In this document: positions 24,201 through 35,485 of the stretch, piece after piece
How the letters are laid out: every line of letters begins with the position of its first letter
Position numbering within the stretch: position 1 is the first letter of the stretch
Assembly: GCA_009859145.1 (NCBI GenBank)
Contig: VRVR01000013.1
Coordinates: 329,438-393,437 of the forward strand
Source: Andalucia godoyi And28
Taxonomy: Eukaryota > Protista > Jakobida
Length of the DNA stretch: 64,000 nucleotides
Reading direction: 5' to 3'
The notes under the pieces: model-generated
What the model was told of the DNA's origin: nothing
Database searches by the model: none
Seen by the model: the letters and a program-made list of their open reading frames with translations, nothing else
Position numbers and translations under genes: made by a program

Positions 24201-27200
24201 TGCTCATGCATCCCGACGCTCCTACTCTCTCGGTTTGTCAGCTTCGTTCTGGACTGCACGGTCGTTCGTTCGAATGTATTAAAGAGTTGGCGGCAGAGTG
24301 TCATCCGTGATTCCTTGCGCTTTGTCTTGCTGTCTTCCTCGTTTTTGAATACTGAAACATTCAAAAACATTCTTCGCCTTTCCCAGGAATTTCCTACTCT
24401 GCGCGACACAGCAACATTCCTCCCAGTTTTTGTCCACCTTTTTCCTCGCCTTCCGGACGATCCGCAGGTCCTCGATAACCTGCCGTTGGAAATTGTGCCT
24501 CACCTAAGCGCGCTGGTGGAAAGTCGCCTCGTCTCCTTCTTGCGATCGGTTCCAGTGGCCTTCTCAGTATCTGGATCCCGTTTGACTGATTCCTGCCTTT
24601 TTTTCCTCCGCCAATGCTCAAAAATAGCCTATCAGCTGGATCGATACTCCATGAATCCTCTTATTCTGGCGTCCCTTTCGGTGTCCCAGTTTGCCTTTCC
24701 CCTGCTGTTTCGGCAAGAGTTTCGACGGAACTTCCTCCTTGGTTCCGTGTCTTCTCAGTGGTTCTGTGATTTGTGTCTGAGAAACAATTTGAGACAATCC
24801 CTTGTATCCTTCCTTCCATGGCACGATTTGGATATGAATGTACTCATCGTTTGCACGCAACTTTCTGCGACCTCAGCGTATTTTTCACGGGATGCATCAT
24901 TCCAAGCCTATTCTTCTTTGATGGCAGATGCGGGTCTTTCACCCGACAGGAGCTGGTTTGGGAAGGCATACTCGTTCCTATCCAGTTTTGTGAACTCAGT
25001 TTCAAATGATGTCAGCAGATTGACTGCTGCCGACCGTGCGTATTTTCTTTGGATCTACTTCATTCGGAGCGTTGTTGGGTGGAATTTTGACACTCCGATG
25101 GTCAATTCGTTCAGACGACTTGTTCAAAAGCTACCGGCATCCGAGTCTTGTGCGTTTGCTGAGCTGTGTGTCACTGCTCTGTATTGTCTTCCTCGCGATG
25201 GGTTCTGCGTGCATTCATTTTTGCAGTCTGTCATTCTCATATTCCTCTCGCCAGAGTGTGATTCGACGGTAACCAGTGGTTCTTCAGATAGAGAATTTCA
25301 GTGCAGCTCATTGTTCGATCCCCTGATTTGCAAGCGTATGCTTTCTTGTGATTTTCAACTATTTGTTTTTCTCCCACCCGCTTTCTGCCCCGCCTCCATA
25401 ACCATCAACATCACCATCACCATCTAAGCTCTTTTATTTTCCCCTTCGCAAATTACAGAAATGTTGTCCTGGCTGATCGGAGCTCCCTCAACGGTCCTGT
25501 CGCTGCCAATCGTGAAGAAGTACCTGCAAGCACTGAATATTGTAAGCAAGACATCAGTTACACTCCGCAGTTTGATTTCTGTGTTCTCAGTGACGACGAA
25601 GTCTCCATCTCAATCGACCGTCGATGATTGCTTGCCGTTGTCAAGTGCCATAGAAAACTTCTTGGGCGTGCTTGCCGTCGTTGGTTCTTTCAAAATCGAC
25701 GTGATAAAGCCGCGTGTTTCTCGTCTCCTGACTGCATTCGAGCAGTCTGCGGACCACGTCGAAATCGCGGATCCTGCAGTGGTTTCTTGGTTTCATCGCT
25801 TGCAATCGACATGCAAGGAATTAGAATCGATTTTTGCAGACGACCTCCCGTGTTCTTCCATGTTGCAGCGGATTCGTTTTTTCGCGTCGTGCAGAATTCC
25901 CAACAACATCGCCATTCTGTCATCCAATGGGACCTTGGTGTCCTCTTCTTCTTGGAACAATCCGCATCCTCTAAGCTGGATTGTTCGTCTGGCTTTCCGC
26001 GAATTATCGCTTGTACCAGAATTCAATATGTGGGTTCAAGAAAATGGACGTGTGCAAACAGAGGTGTTTGGAATGCGTCCTCTTGACATTGGAAGTGAGT
26101 TGATGTCTCTACTGCCCTTGAACTTTCACGGATGGAGTTCCAAGATACCATTACTGATCGAGATGCTCGTCCAAGCTTCTCTGTGGTCATCGGATACTGA
26201 TGTGGAAACTAGGTTGTGTGTATGGAAGATATTAGGAAAGTCTCTTTGCAACCCCGCGCCCCCTCTTTCACCTGATATCATGGGGCACCGGGGTGTCGAT
26301 GATTTCAGATCGTTTGTCCGGCGAATTTCCAAGTGCTTGGAGGAAGGGGTGGACCATCTTCGACGATACTCTGTACCGGATTTGCGACTGCAGCGCACTG
26401 TTTTTCAAAATTGGATTGCAGATTTTGTTGCCGGGGTCTTGTTTGATTTGGGTGGGGTTTCGATGTACCACTCTTTCCGGGACGTCGCGCTATTTTCTTG
26501 GAGATGCAGTGTTCTTCTGTTTCCGTTTGTCGTGATTGAGTGTTTCCTACTGTCTTCGTCTTCATCATCTGCAGGACAAAGGGCATGGAAGCGGATTCAT
26601 GATGCCTTTGTTTTTGTAATGAAGCATTGCATCGAGCTGGCGGATGAGATTCGATTCCGGGCCGAGACAGATCCTCTTCGTCAGCAAGCGGTCATCATTG
26701 CCGAAACCTTGTCGTTTTCGAGCCATTGTTATTTCGTTTTGCAGAAATGTCAAGGAAGTCCTCCAAAAGAGTTGGCGTGGCTCTGTGGTGAGAAAGAATT
26801 GTCTCCGTGTTTTGAACTTGATTTTGATTTTGTAACACGATTCTTATTGACTGTCGGCAGGACCGCAGAAGCCTTTGCGCTGTTTGACTTTTACCAGCAT
26901 GATCACGCTTCATCCTGTGGCGGACCGTCTGTTCTGAACTACATGTTTCAGGACACAGTGCGTTCACATCAGGAGAATTCGCAATTGCTGTCTTCTGCTG
27001 TGTTGCAAGCCTATCACGACGTCCGGGAACTGCAATTCGGGATGTTCCCATCAATATCCGCAAAGTCTTTTGTGGACGCAGGCTTGCAAAAGTATATTCC
27101 ATTCACCGCAGCCTTGGCTCTAGCAGAGGAAGACGACTGTCTGCTGCTTGAAAGGCACCGACTGCTGAGTTCAGCACTCGACAAGTCTGGCAATTATTTG

Positions 27201-30200
27201 TCCCGTGATCTGTTGCTTGCCCAGCAATACTCCAGCGCAAAGGATATCTTCAATACGACCTCTGCAAAGATGTTTGAACTTGGTGTGTCGAAAGCGTTCA
27301 AGGACGCACGCGATTTCCTGGTTGTGCATTCCGAAATGTTCAAACAAACAGTCCGTTTGTCAGCTTGGAATATGCAGTCGTCCAGCGACACAAACTACTT
27401 CTTCGATGCTCGTGCACCACACTCCTCTCGCATGCTGTCTCTGGATTTGGACTCGTTCCTGTCGGCCGCTACTCCACGTGCACTCCTATCGATGATTCCT
27501 TGCTTCAAATTCGCGACGTCTGGAAGAGATGCTGAGGAAGAAGATTTGGACTGGTGCCAGCTGATCTTGGCTGCGAAAGGACTTAGTGTTCCTCCGAGTG
27601 TAATTGGCTTTTTCTGCGTCGCCGCTGCGGAATCCAATCAGATGCGTTCAGAGAGTGTTCGGCAGGCTCGCTGGTCATCAGTTGGGCTGCGAATTTTCCC
27701 GCGTTCTTCCAGTCATCTTCCCACAATCTTTACCAGATGCATGTTGCATCACTATCACTCTTCTTCTTCTTCGTCATCTTCATCTTCATCTTCATCTTCA
27801 TCTTCATCTTCATCATTGATGTCGTCGTCATCATTGACGTCGTCGTCGTCTAGTCATTATGTGATTGATTCTTCCGAGCTGACTGCCCTTGTGAGTGCGG
27901 TACCTCAGAATCGATATTCCACAATCCTGGCTTCTGGATTCAAGACGCTGTCTTTTCCGTCGCTCACAAACTCGGAATTTCTTTCGCAATACGAGAATAT
28001 GCTCAAATTCTGCGAAACTACAGTGTTTGCATTCGACGGTGTCATCTCCGATTTTTGTGGAGAGACACCATCCAGTGTCGTTGTTGCCGTCGGTCCGTTG
28101 GAGTTGCGGGGTTCGTTTTTTGCGTCGTTGAACGTATCATCAAAGTGTTTCGAATACTTTTGTGAATTGGTGCGGGAAGCAGAGTTGAGCCTTGTAGGAT
28201 CTGACATGTCCACGAGTCGCAGTTTGCGCCCGCAGTACAGAAATATGATTGCTGTTTTAGAACAGCAGGAGCGAGAAAACGCAACGGCCAGAAAAGAACT
28301 GCAGCAGAAGCAGAAGTACTTTCTGGAGTTTGTGAAAACAGAGGAGCAGAAGGAGAGGACTCTGATCGATGCATTGTTTAAGGCCCACGAACGGGCGGTA
28401 GATGCCGCCTGCATTATACTGAATCATTTCCGGCAATACGATGGTAGCGTTGCGGTGGATCGCAAAACGCACCTAGTGGTCCTGCAAGCTTCCTTTCGAG
28501 TGATCGACTTGCTGTTTCGATTTTCGCGGAAGCGATTTGTGGAGGAGTCCGTTATCTGCGCAGACGACTTCCCCAAACATGAACAAGTTTTCAAAGCTAC
28601 GTTGAGGAACATTTGTCGCAAGGTATCTGCAATTCCCCCGATCTCGCTTTCCATGCTGTGCCATCAGTTGGTGTCCAGAATACGCTCCAGCTCGTCCGAA
28701 GAGGAGCAAGTGGTGCAAGAGTGTTTGCGGCACTTGCTTCATAATGTTGTTGCGCGATACCCAGTGCAGATATTGGTTCCGCTGCTCTCCATGTCCAATG
28801 GAAATGTGAGCGACGCAGCAAAGGTTACAGGCACAAAGCAAATCCTAGATGGTTTCCGAAGCAAATCGGCACTGGCGAAGATTGTGGATGCCGTGCAGCT
28901 GTGGACTGTTGGTCTGCAAAAAACAGGGAGCATGGCGGCAGATTCTTCACGTCTTGCAGTGTCTCCGATGCTCAAAGCAGACGGGTTGCAGCTGCTCCCA
29001 GTCGTGACCCGCGACACTGGGTTTGAGCCTGAAGCTGCGACCTCGTTTGAAAAGCTTGCATCTGTGTGCATCGTCCGGTACGCGGATGGGTTTGAAGGCC
29101 TAGGGGGTGTGAATAGATCCAAAATGATCAAATGTCACGGATCGGATGGGCATGTATACAAACAGATATTGAAGTATGGCGCCGATGATCCTCGCCAAGA
29201 CGCTGTGATGGAGCAGATATTCTGCTTGATTAATCGTTTATTCTACCTTGATGATTTTGCGCGATCCAAGGCTTTTCGTGTACGCACGTATGTCGTTGTC
29301 CCTGTTTCGCCGAAATGCGGCCTGCTGGGTTTTGTCGAGAATGCAATTCCAATACTGGACTACTTGGTTGGCGGGTTTCCGAAGAATTACAAAGTTATCG
29401 TTGCCCGAAATGGAGCCACCGGAAGAGACGTGGAAATGGAATTACCGAATGCTGGTGCGCACGATCGACTTTCTGTCATGGCCAAAAAGTTCACCAACGA
29501 AAACGCGAGAGGTGCATTGAAATCGCTGTACGATGCGGGCGTAGACCCGAAATCGTACATCCCCAAGTTTCGTGAAGTGATTTCGAAGTTCCCCCCGGTC
29601 TTCCGATTCTTTTTCCACGAAATGTACAAGTCCCCAGCAGAATGGCTGTCAAGGAGGATTTCATACACACGCTCCTTGGCAGTGTCCAGCATGTTGGGGT
29701 ACATTTTGGGAGTTGGAGACCGTCACTTGCGCAACATACTGATTGATTGCTCAACGGCGGAGGTCGTGCACATCGATTTGGGAATTGCGTTTGACCAAGG
29801 TCGTCGTTTACCAGTGCCAGAGAGAGTCCCCTTTCGTCTCACACGAGATCTTGTGGACGGAATGGGAATTCTTGGAATCAATAGCGAGTTCAAACACTGT
29901 TCCAAAAAGTCGCTGTCGATCATGAGAGACAACCACGATTTAATCATGACTATTCTGAATGTTTTCGTGCACGATCCACTTTCGTCGTGGGTGCTGACCC
30001 TGGAACGAGCTTCTCGCATGCAGAACCAGGGGCTGAGCAGCAAAGGAGAAAACAGGACGGGAAAGTCGTCCGAGACCAGTTCTCCGTCGCCGACGACACA
30101 CGCGGATGGGACAGCCGGTCCTGAGATTGACTCCGGGAAGAGCGCCTCGATCGTTCTGATTGAAACATCCAGAAAGTTGCAGGGTATGGAAACGATGCGA

Positions 30201-30299
30201 CAGCTGACCGTGGAAGAGCAAGTGGACAACGTCGTCGCACGAGCCACTGCTGTGGACAACATCGGGGCGATGTATTACGGATGGGGCGGCTGGCTTTAG
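21278..30299 (+). CDS. ATM: ATM/Tel1 PIKK kinase (3 exons: 21278-21340, 21567-25335, 25459-30299; about 2890 aa)
   Basis: Kinase motifs DPRQDAVMEQIF and GVGDRHLRNILID...VHIDLGIAFDQG...PERVPFRLTRD, with a FATC end (GAMYYGWGGWL). Introns 21341-21566 (phase 0) and 25336-25458 (phase 1) join the two long ORFs in frame, 8673 nt in total. Confidence 0.9.
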
Positions 30300-30340
30300 A
30301 TCGAAACCGCAAAATGCCACGTCGGACAGGACGTGATGAG

Positions 30341-31633
30341 CTATTGAGTAAACGAATCAAGGCGATACTTTCGAATGCAGTTGTCCCTTGCACAAGTCCA
30401 CACTGTTCCCGTAGACACATTCTCTTTCAAGGCAAACACCTCGTAGTGTTCTGTGCCGATGAGATAACGACTGTGCGCGCGAACGGAGGTGCGCAGACAC
30501 AGAACGGCACCGTCATTTGTTCCAATCCAATCACCAGCAATGGACCGCACGGCGGACGAGGACAAGAACGGATCCATCAATGTAACAGACGGCGACGGCA
30601 TCTGCAGAGACCGTAGCTCAATATCTGCAACCGCACCGTTTTCATGCACAATTCGCAATGCAGATCCATGGGAGACAACTCCTACTCCGCGCACCGCAGC
30701 CGCTTGCACCTTCAACCTTGCATAAACGACTTTGGATCGCAAGTCCACAAGAATGACATTTCCGTTTTCAAACCCAACAGCAGCGGAGCTTCCACTGGTA
30801 CCAAAATGCAGCGCAGGATTGCCGGCAACCGGTCGGATCTCCGCCTTCTCTTCCGTGACTCCCGTGAGTAGCGTGCAGCACGTTGCGACTGGAAGTGAGT
30901 CCTCGGAAGCGCGCTGGCCACCGATCGACTTGTTCAAACACCAAACGTCCTTTGCACTGCCGCACTCCCAGAGAGCAACGGACCCATCTGCAGCGCAAGA
31001 CAAGACGTTTCGTCCTCTCTCCACAAATACCGCATCTGTCACACGAGCCGAGTGCACGCCTTGCAACACAGCTCCTTGAAATCCATCGTCCAGACGAGTA
31101 ACCACGATCCGAGTGTCCAGTCCGGCCGTCAGCACAACTTGTCCAGACGGGAAGAACTTGCAGACAGTCACATCCACTTCTGCTCCATTGTACTGCATCT
31201 TGGAAAAACTCTTAATAAGCGACCCTGCGGACGCTTCATGCAGCGCGACCGAGCCGTCCGCATGACCAACAAGCAGCTTCGATGCATCGTCCGAGACATC
31301 AAAACACGTAACTCCAGTGCCGAATGTCCCTGAGAGCGTTCTCTCAGGAAGCAGGAACTCAAAAGTCCGAGGCTCGATCGGCACAGATGCGCACTGGGCT
31401 TCCGGAAACCGAATCGACAGCAAAGACCCTTGAGGGCGAACCTCCACCTCCACCTCCCCCTCTGCACCGTCTGCACCCACCTTCATACTCGCTGGTGGTC
31501 CACCGCCGGTTGCAGAGAACCAGTCTTCCCGCTTGGTTCGCGACTCTCGTTCAAAAGGCACACCGCAACTCACATAGTACCACGCTTTATCCACCGTGTT
31601 CCAGTTTGACTGCACTCGGACATCTCGCAGCAT
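30341..31633 (-). CDS. PAAF1: WD40 proteasome assembly chaperone PAAF1/Rpn14
   Basis: DVTVCKFFPSGQVVLTAGLD...VTDAVFVERGRNVLSCAADGSVALWECG closely matches the PAAF1 signature FFPSGxVVL...GRNV. Confidence 0.85.
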   Translation of the reverse strand: MLRDVRVQSNWNTVDKAWYYVSCGVPFERESRTKREDWFSATGGGPPASMKVGADGAEGEVEVEVRPQGSLLSIRFPEAQCASVPIEPRTFEFLLPERTLSGTFGTGVTCFDVSDDASKLLVGHADGSVALHEASAGSLIKSFSKMQYNGAEVDVTVCKFFPSGQVVLTAGLDTRIVVTRLDDGFQGAVLQGVHSARVTDAVFVERGRNVLSCAADGSVALWECGSAKDVWCLNKSIGGQRASEDSLPVATCCTLLTGVTEEKAEIRPVAGNPALHFGTSGSSAAVGFENGNVILVDLRSKVVYARLKVQAAAVRGVGVVSHGSALRIVHENGAVADIELRSLQMPSPSVTLMDPFLSSSAVRSIAGDWIGTNDGAVLCLRTSVRAHSRYLIGTEHYEVFALKENVSTGTVWTCARDNCIRKYRLDSFTQ

Positions 31634-31656
31634 CGTCTACGCTCCTTTGAATAAAT

Positions 31657-31668
31657 AACAGCAACAGC

Positions 31669-31715
<47 letters not shown>

Positions 31716-31750
31716 GAAGAAGAAGAAGAAGAAGAAGTAGTAGTAGTAGA
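31657..31750. repeat. Compound microsatellite (CAG/CAA)n-(GAA)n-(GTA)n
   Basis: Direct observation, upstream of PAAF1. Confidence 0.95.
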
Positions 31751-31910
31751 AGACAAAGAAGAATGAAACTATTTATCAAAATGAAAAAGTAATTACCATT
31801 TAAACACCAAAGCATTTTCTGACTGTGATTCAAGTTCAAAGCCTTTGTGCCCTCAAGGTGACACCAAACGCAGTCGTAAACAAAAAACCCCGAATTCCCT
31901 CGCTTGCACT

Positions 31911-32454
31911 ATACACTGAACATGCATATCTACGAATAGACATGCATATTTCAAGCTTGCATCCCGTTTCTGTGAGCCACTTTCTCAGCGTGGCACGTTG
32001 TTCCTGAGAAGGGTGCATTTTGATTTTGACGGCCCTAGCAGCAGGCGCTTTCGTGTCCTCAGTTGCAGTGATGGACGCACCTGGAGATACGAGAGGAAGA
32101 GGCGGTAGGCGTAGTGACACGTGGTCTCTTAGGAGTTCTGCGGGACCTAGGAGGCCCTGTATCGAGCGGCGTAGGCGTAGGCGAATGCGAATGCGTCATC
32201 CCAGCGCACCCACGCCCATATTTGAATAAAAAGTGAAACCAACGAATGATAGAATAGATGGCTACGGATGCTGCGTTAAAGAGTGTCGAAAATGCGGAGC
32301 CTGTGTCACCGGCTGAATTCTGGCCGAGCGTGCGTAAGCACGAATGCCTGTGAAGCAAAACGTGCTAGTGTCGGCCAGTATCGACCGTGTCTGTTTATGG
32401 ATACTTCCTTCCGTATGCATGACAATGACGTGTTATCATGTCTCGGCTTTCTTT
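31911..32454 (-). mobile_element. Copy 2 (no hAT insertion) of the non-autonomous TnpB/Fanzor2-like repeat
   Basis: Homologous to 3693-4011 plus 6284-6332. It retains coding remnants and the UUCG hairpin. Confidence 0.85.
31950..32199 (-). pseudogene. TnpB/Fanzor2-like ORF relic (basic leader + IS605-OrfB-type HTH start, possible RuvC-III remnant)
   Basis: The ATG at 32199 gives MTHSHSPTPTPLDTGPPRSRRTPKRPR. After a frameshift it reads RAVKIKMHPSQEQRATLRKW (32033-31978), matching the K(I/F)RLYPxxEQxxxLxxW start of IS605/IS607 TnpB. An abrupt junction leads to an RD..ASL(N) remnant. Confidence 0.65.
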
Positions 32455-32578
32455 ATATTGTGGGTTTTAGCTTTTTCTGATTTCGCAGTTTTTTCTTCGG
32501 TTTTTTTTTTTTTTGTTTTTTGCATCAAATATACTTCTCATGTTGTAATCAACATACTGTTAAGTGTCCGTTTTTGAA

Positions 32579-34012
32579 ATGGACGGTAAAGGCTTGTCGA
32601 TTGCTGCGCTCCGAAAGCAGTCAATTGAAGAGCTGAATGAGCGGATTACCGATACAGGATCCTCTTCCTCAGCGATATCTGGGGTGCGGTTTGCGTTGTG
32701 TGACGCTGTGAATTCCGCGAGAGAAGACGAGTGTTTGGAAGGACTGCGGTTTATTAGGGACACGCTTGCTTGTTCGAGACCGTTTCGTGTTTTCGTATCG
32801 ACGAGTTTCCAAGGCGAGCCGTCTGTGCTGGACGTGCTGTTCCTGAAGGCTGTGCTTTCGGACACGAGTTCGTACTCGGCTAGGTTCATTGGCCTTCAAT
32901 GCTTGCATAATGCTTGTCCATCGTGCGTGGAATCGCAGTCGAGTATTCGAAGGCTGTTTATTTCGAACGGGACTTTGCTCTTGTCCACAATAGCAAGTCT
33001 TGATACCGCGGGTGACGGTGAAAAACTAAAGGAGATTGTAGCTGCGATTCTGTATCAGTGCATGGTGACGGGATGGTACTCGGCTTGCTTTACAATGTCG
33101 TTTTCCCTTTTGAGCTTCAGTGGCAAGTCGTTTCGATTCACAGAAAGCAAATGTGTTGCGTGGATTGCAAAGTGCATTGAGAGCCAGCTTAGAATGAATG
33201 TGGTGTTGGAAGATGTGAGGGAGGCACTGGGAGACGATCCTCTGATGTGGTCGCGGTTCTTGTTCTTCCTAGAGGTGATGACACATGAAGAGGATCTGGA
33301 TGCCTTTGTTCCCGAGCGGTTCATAATTGATATGCTCGCCGAGTTGGATGGAAAACTGCGAAAGGCGAGCGAATCGACTGCGGTCTCCGAATTGGGTTTC
33401 CTGGATTGCGTCCATGCAGTGTCAATCGTTGGCAACGTGGCAGATCACGTTCCATACAGCAAGGAAACGATTGAAGGTTGGTTCTGTTTTTGCGTTCACA
33501 TATTAGATGCCTGCGTGAAACTCGGGCCAGCTACGGCCGTCCCTCAATATCTTGCGAATAGCAACAACGACAGCAACAGCAACCACGACAACGAAAATGG
33601 CGACGGTGATCCCCAAGATCGTGCGATGAACGTTGTTCTCCATGAGGGGTTTTGGATCTGGCGAGACGGTTCGGTGGACGAAGACGTGACTGTCTTTGGA
33701 CTTCGCGGATTCGCAATGAGACTGCTCGGAATCTGCGTCCATCGATTTCCAAGCTTGCAGTCGCACCACCTGACACTTGGTGTGTTGCCCATTGTGTTGT
33801 CAGAATGTCGCTTGAGTAAGGAGCATCCCATCCTTCGCGAATGGAGTGTGTTTGCGATTCGCAATTTGTGCCAGGACAATGCTGAAATTCAGAGTTTTAT
33901 CCAGAACTTGGAGTTTCTCGACTTGCAAGACTCCGAGTGGCTGGAAAGGGCTGGTCTCGAGGTTTTCAAAGATGCGCAAGACAAGATGCGTATTCGAAAG
34001 CTATCTATCTAA
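32579..34012 (+). CDS. ATXN10: Ataxin-10 domain (ARM-fold) protein
   Basis: The C-terminal segment LSECRLSKEHPILREWSVFAIRNLCQDNAEIQSFIQNL matches the Atx10 homology domain. Confidence 0.85.
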   Translation: MDGKGLSIAALRKQSIEELNERITDTGSSSSAISGVRFALCDAVNSAREDECLEGLRFIRDTLACSRPFRVFVSTSFQGEPSVLDVLFLKAVLSDTSSYSARFIGLQCLHNACPSCVESQSSIRRLFISNGTLLLSTIASLDTAGDGEKLKEIVAAILYQCMVTGWYSACFTMSFSLLSFSGKSFRFTESKCVAWIAKCIESQLRMNVVLEDVREALGDDPLMWSRFLFFLEVMTHEEDLDAFVPERFIIDMLAELDGKLRKASESTAVSELGFLDCVHAVSIVGNVADHVPYSKETIEGWFCFCVHILDACVKLGPATAVPQYLANSNNDSNSNHDNENGDGDPQDRAMNVVLHEGFWIWRDGSVDEDVTVFGLRGFAMRLLGICVHRFPSLQSHHLTLGVLPIVLSECRLSKEHPILREWSVFAIRNLCQDNAEIQSFIQNLEFLDLQDSEWLERAGLEVFKDAQDKMRIRKLSI

Positions 34013-34408
34013 ACGACAAGGTTGCTGAAGGGCGTTTCACAAGATCGTTTCTATTTGGCATGTTCCACTGTCGCAATCAGTTATGAACGAATGCTCTTCC
34101 AATCGTACAGAAATGGGAGCCACGTCATTGTCGCCTTGGCGATCTTTCCTGGCGGCGGAGATGTCATGGGTCTTGCACAGCGTTGCGGGCGTGACGTACA
34201 TGCTGCGTTGCACGGACAGTAAAAATAAGAAATGAGCGTCGCTGTGCGAGAATGCAACGCGGCGGCATATTTCATAGGGCTTTCATGATCAAAATGGGGC
34301 GAAACGAATCGGGCATCGCGTGACGGAGCTGTTAAGATAACAAACGCATGCGCATGGCGCGTGGCAGTGTTTTTTGTTTTTGTTTTACGTGCGCTTTAGA
34401 TTGCTTCA

Positions 34409-35383
34409 TCATATCGCAATAAATGGCAGCGGTTCGACTTCTTGCGGGCTTGCGACAGTCTTGTCACCCTTAGCGTAAGAGCGTACAAACTCCGTGGTCC
34501 AGTTGAGAATGGACACACAGTACTCTGAGTTGTCGACACAGTTGTGCATATCGTGCATTCCGTTCTCGATCAACTGAAGAGATTTGATTTTGGACGACAC
34601 GGATTGATAGACTATTTCGGACGTTTTCCAATCGCAGATCTTGTCTCGTTGTCCGTGGACCAAAAAGAAAGGGAGGGTCATTTCACTAGCATTTTCCACT
34701 ATGCGCTTTGCCGCATCTTGACAACCAAAGAACACGGCCGCCGTCACGTACTTGCATCCCAAGCCATCCTCGTACAATGCATTCAGCTCTTCAGGCGAGC
34801 GGTCTGCAAAATCTTCAAACTTTGCGCCGCTTGGAAGCTTCATCCGAGGCAAGCAGTTCCCGATTAGTCTTCCGATCACCAGTTTCCACTTTGGGGGCTC
34901 AAATGCGAGCGCATACCACGGACACGACGCGATAATTGCCGACACATGCGCATGCCGAAGGTTGTTCGAAAGCTCAATTCCAAAGTTTGTTACAACTTGT
35001 CCTCCAAACGAATGTCCATATAAAATAACCGGAGCCTCTCGATCTTGCAAGAACGGGAATTGTGGAGAATTGAGCAAAAACTCAAGATCGTCGAGGAAAT
35101 ACGCAACACTCGGGACATACGCCCTGATTCCTTTTGACCGTCCCCAGCATCGATGATCGTACGCAAATACTCGAAATCGTGCTTCAATGAGCTGATCGAA
35201 CATGGAATTCAGAAATGGATGTGGTGGGTTCGCGCCCATGTTATCCGCAGATCCACCAAACCCGTGCACGAACACAATGGTTCCCAGTATCTCGCCTGAG
35301 CTGGGCGGCACAATCACCCTAGTAAAGATCGCCGTACCATCTGCAGCATCCACAAATGCATCCGTGATGGTAGCTGTTTGCAT
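34409..35383 (-). CDS. Alpha/beta hydrolase, monoacylglycerol lipase/lysophospholipase family
   Basis: Motifs VFVHGF, nucleophile elbow GHSFGG, LVHGQRDKIC (Asp) and GMHD (His). The start was set to the ATG at 35383, downstream of a microsatellite. Confidence 0.92.
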   Translation of the reverse strand: MQTATITDAFVDAADGTAIFTRVIVPPSSGEILGTIVFVHGFGGSADNMGANPPHPFLNSMFDQLIEARFRVFAYDHRCWGRSKGIRAYVPSVAYFLDDLEFLLNSPQFPFLQDREAPVILYGHSFGGQVVTNFGIELSNNLRHAHVSAIIASCPWYALAFEPPKWKLVIGRLIGNCLPRMKLPSGAKFEDFADRSPEELNALYEDGLGCKYVTAAVFFGCQDAAKRIVENASEMTLPFFLVHGQRDKICDWKTSEIVYQSVSSKIKSLQLIENGMHDMHNCVDNSEYCVSILNWTTEFVRSYAKGDKTVASPQEVEPLPFIAI

Positions 35384-35388
35384 GGTAG

Positions 35389-35392
<4 letters not shown>

Positions 35393-35473
<81 letters not shown>

Positions 35474-35485
35474 ACACACACACAC
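35393..35485. repeat. (CT)n-(CA)n compound microsatellite
   Basis: Direct observation. Confidence 0.95.

Noticed and set aside
34022-34275. Short ORFs between the convergent ATXN10 and hydrolase genes
   Set aside because: They are 54-66 codons with no motif and are compatible with chance frames in 3' regions.
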